DNA from: the human T2T-CHM13v2.0 reference genome, Homo sapiens
Reading direction: 5' to 3' (one strand)
NCBI RefSeq assembly: GCF_009914755.1
Contig: NC_060942.1
DNA: 64,000 bases
The stretch's first letter is position 1; every line of letters starts with the position of its first letter. The translations under genes and the position numbers were made by a program. Below, one piece after another: positions 62,689-64,000 of the stretch. A model generated the notes under the pieces. That model did not search any database. It saw nothing but the letters and a program-made list of their open reading frames with translations, and was not told the origin of the DNA.

Positions 62689-63132
62689 TAGTATAGTTCA
62701 GTTTTGTTTTAGGTTGAAGGGATAGCTATTGCCAGAAATTTCCATTTGAGTGCCGAATAAATTTAAATTTCATGGCTTTAAATATCTGGTTCTCATATAA
62801 TTTGTTTCCTAAAATAAACTTAAGAACAATAGCTGTCAACATTTTAAAACAATTATCTTTGTGAAATTATATACACAATGTTACAGCAAGGGTTCACAGC
62901 TCAATATATAAGCTCTAGTAAGTAACTAGGATGAGAGCTTTGCCTCTCCACTAAGCAAGCACAAGAACAAGTAACAGATCAGAGAAGGAAGACTCCTCCC
63001 ATGCACCAGGCCAGCGTCAGTGGACAGGTGCTACTGCACTGATGCCCTGACACAGTCCTGAACAGGATTTGGTGCATCTCATGAGACCACCAAATTTATG
63101 GTATAAGTATAACAGGAGTAATCTAAAGATAA

Positions 63133-63441
<309 letters not shown>

Positions 63442-63639
63442 CTATACCCAAGTTCTATTTAAGTTAGACTCAATGCCTTCACAGTGTCTAAAAGTGGTTA
63501 ACACTTAGCTAAGACCTCCTGATCTTTCTCTAAGTCTCTAGATTATTCTATTCCCCAGATGAAACCACACAAGAAAAACCCCCACTTACATTTGAAAAGT
63601 CCTTTATGGTTTAAAATGTATTTCCTCATATTACCACAA

Positions 63640-63800
63640 TTCACCCTCATCACACATCCATGAGGTTAATGGAACAGTAGTATCATTATCACCATCTCCG
63701 TTTTAGAAATGAAAAAAGTGAGACCACAAATATTAAGCGACTTTCCCAGGGTAACAGTAAATGGCAGACCAAGACTCAAACTTACTATACAACACAGAAT
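63640..63800 (-). mobile_element. MIR
   Basis: catctccgttttagaaatga...taagcgactttcccaggg...aatggcaga. Confidence 0.7.
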
Positions 63801-64000
63801 AAATCAGGGGCTAAGGCTAAGAGTTACATGGCAAGAGGGAGTGTAGGCAGCTAGCTCAGGAGAGGGCCAAAGCAGGGGAGAGCCAGTAGTTCATAAGCAC
63901 AGCTGGGTGGGGGTGGAGGCAGCCCCGCATCTCCTAGCGGAGGGCATAATCCTGCAGCAGAGCCCACTCCTCAACTTGGCCAGTGGCTCAGGGAAGGGAG

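Overview
Human (primate) genomic DNA, not microbial. The whole window lies inside the autophagy tethering-factor gene EPG5 (KIAA1632, the Vici-syndrome gene) on the minus strand. I reconstructed 25 consecutive internal coding exons (59922 down to 1184). All have AG/GT boundaries and matching phases, giving 3950 nt of open frame. From memory this is about exons 11-35, c.2100-6049, aa ~700-2017; the numbering should be verified. The introns hold about 36 dimeric Alus (some truncated or nested), 4 monomers (FAM/FLAM), MIR, L2 and L1 fragments, an MST solo LTR, DNA-transposon fossils (MER1B, MER58A, MER5A, Tigger4a, MER63) and microsatellites. Repeat family names are by eye and their ends are approximate. 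Apart from the ORFs overlapping exons, the ORF track is Alu-, microsatellite- or intron-derived noise. I found no convincing new biological system. The best leads are splicing-level hypotheses: a UG-repeat-adjacent candidate poison exon, AG|GT recursive-splice motifs, a NAGNAG acceptor and tight inverted Alu pairs. There is also a palindromic CRE site and a probable non-reference Ala1058 allele.
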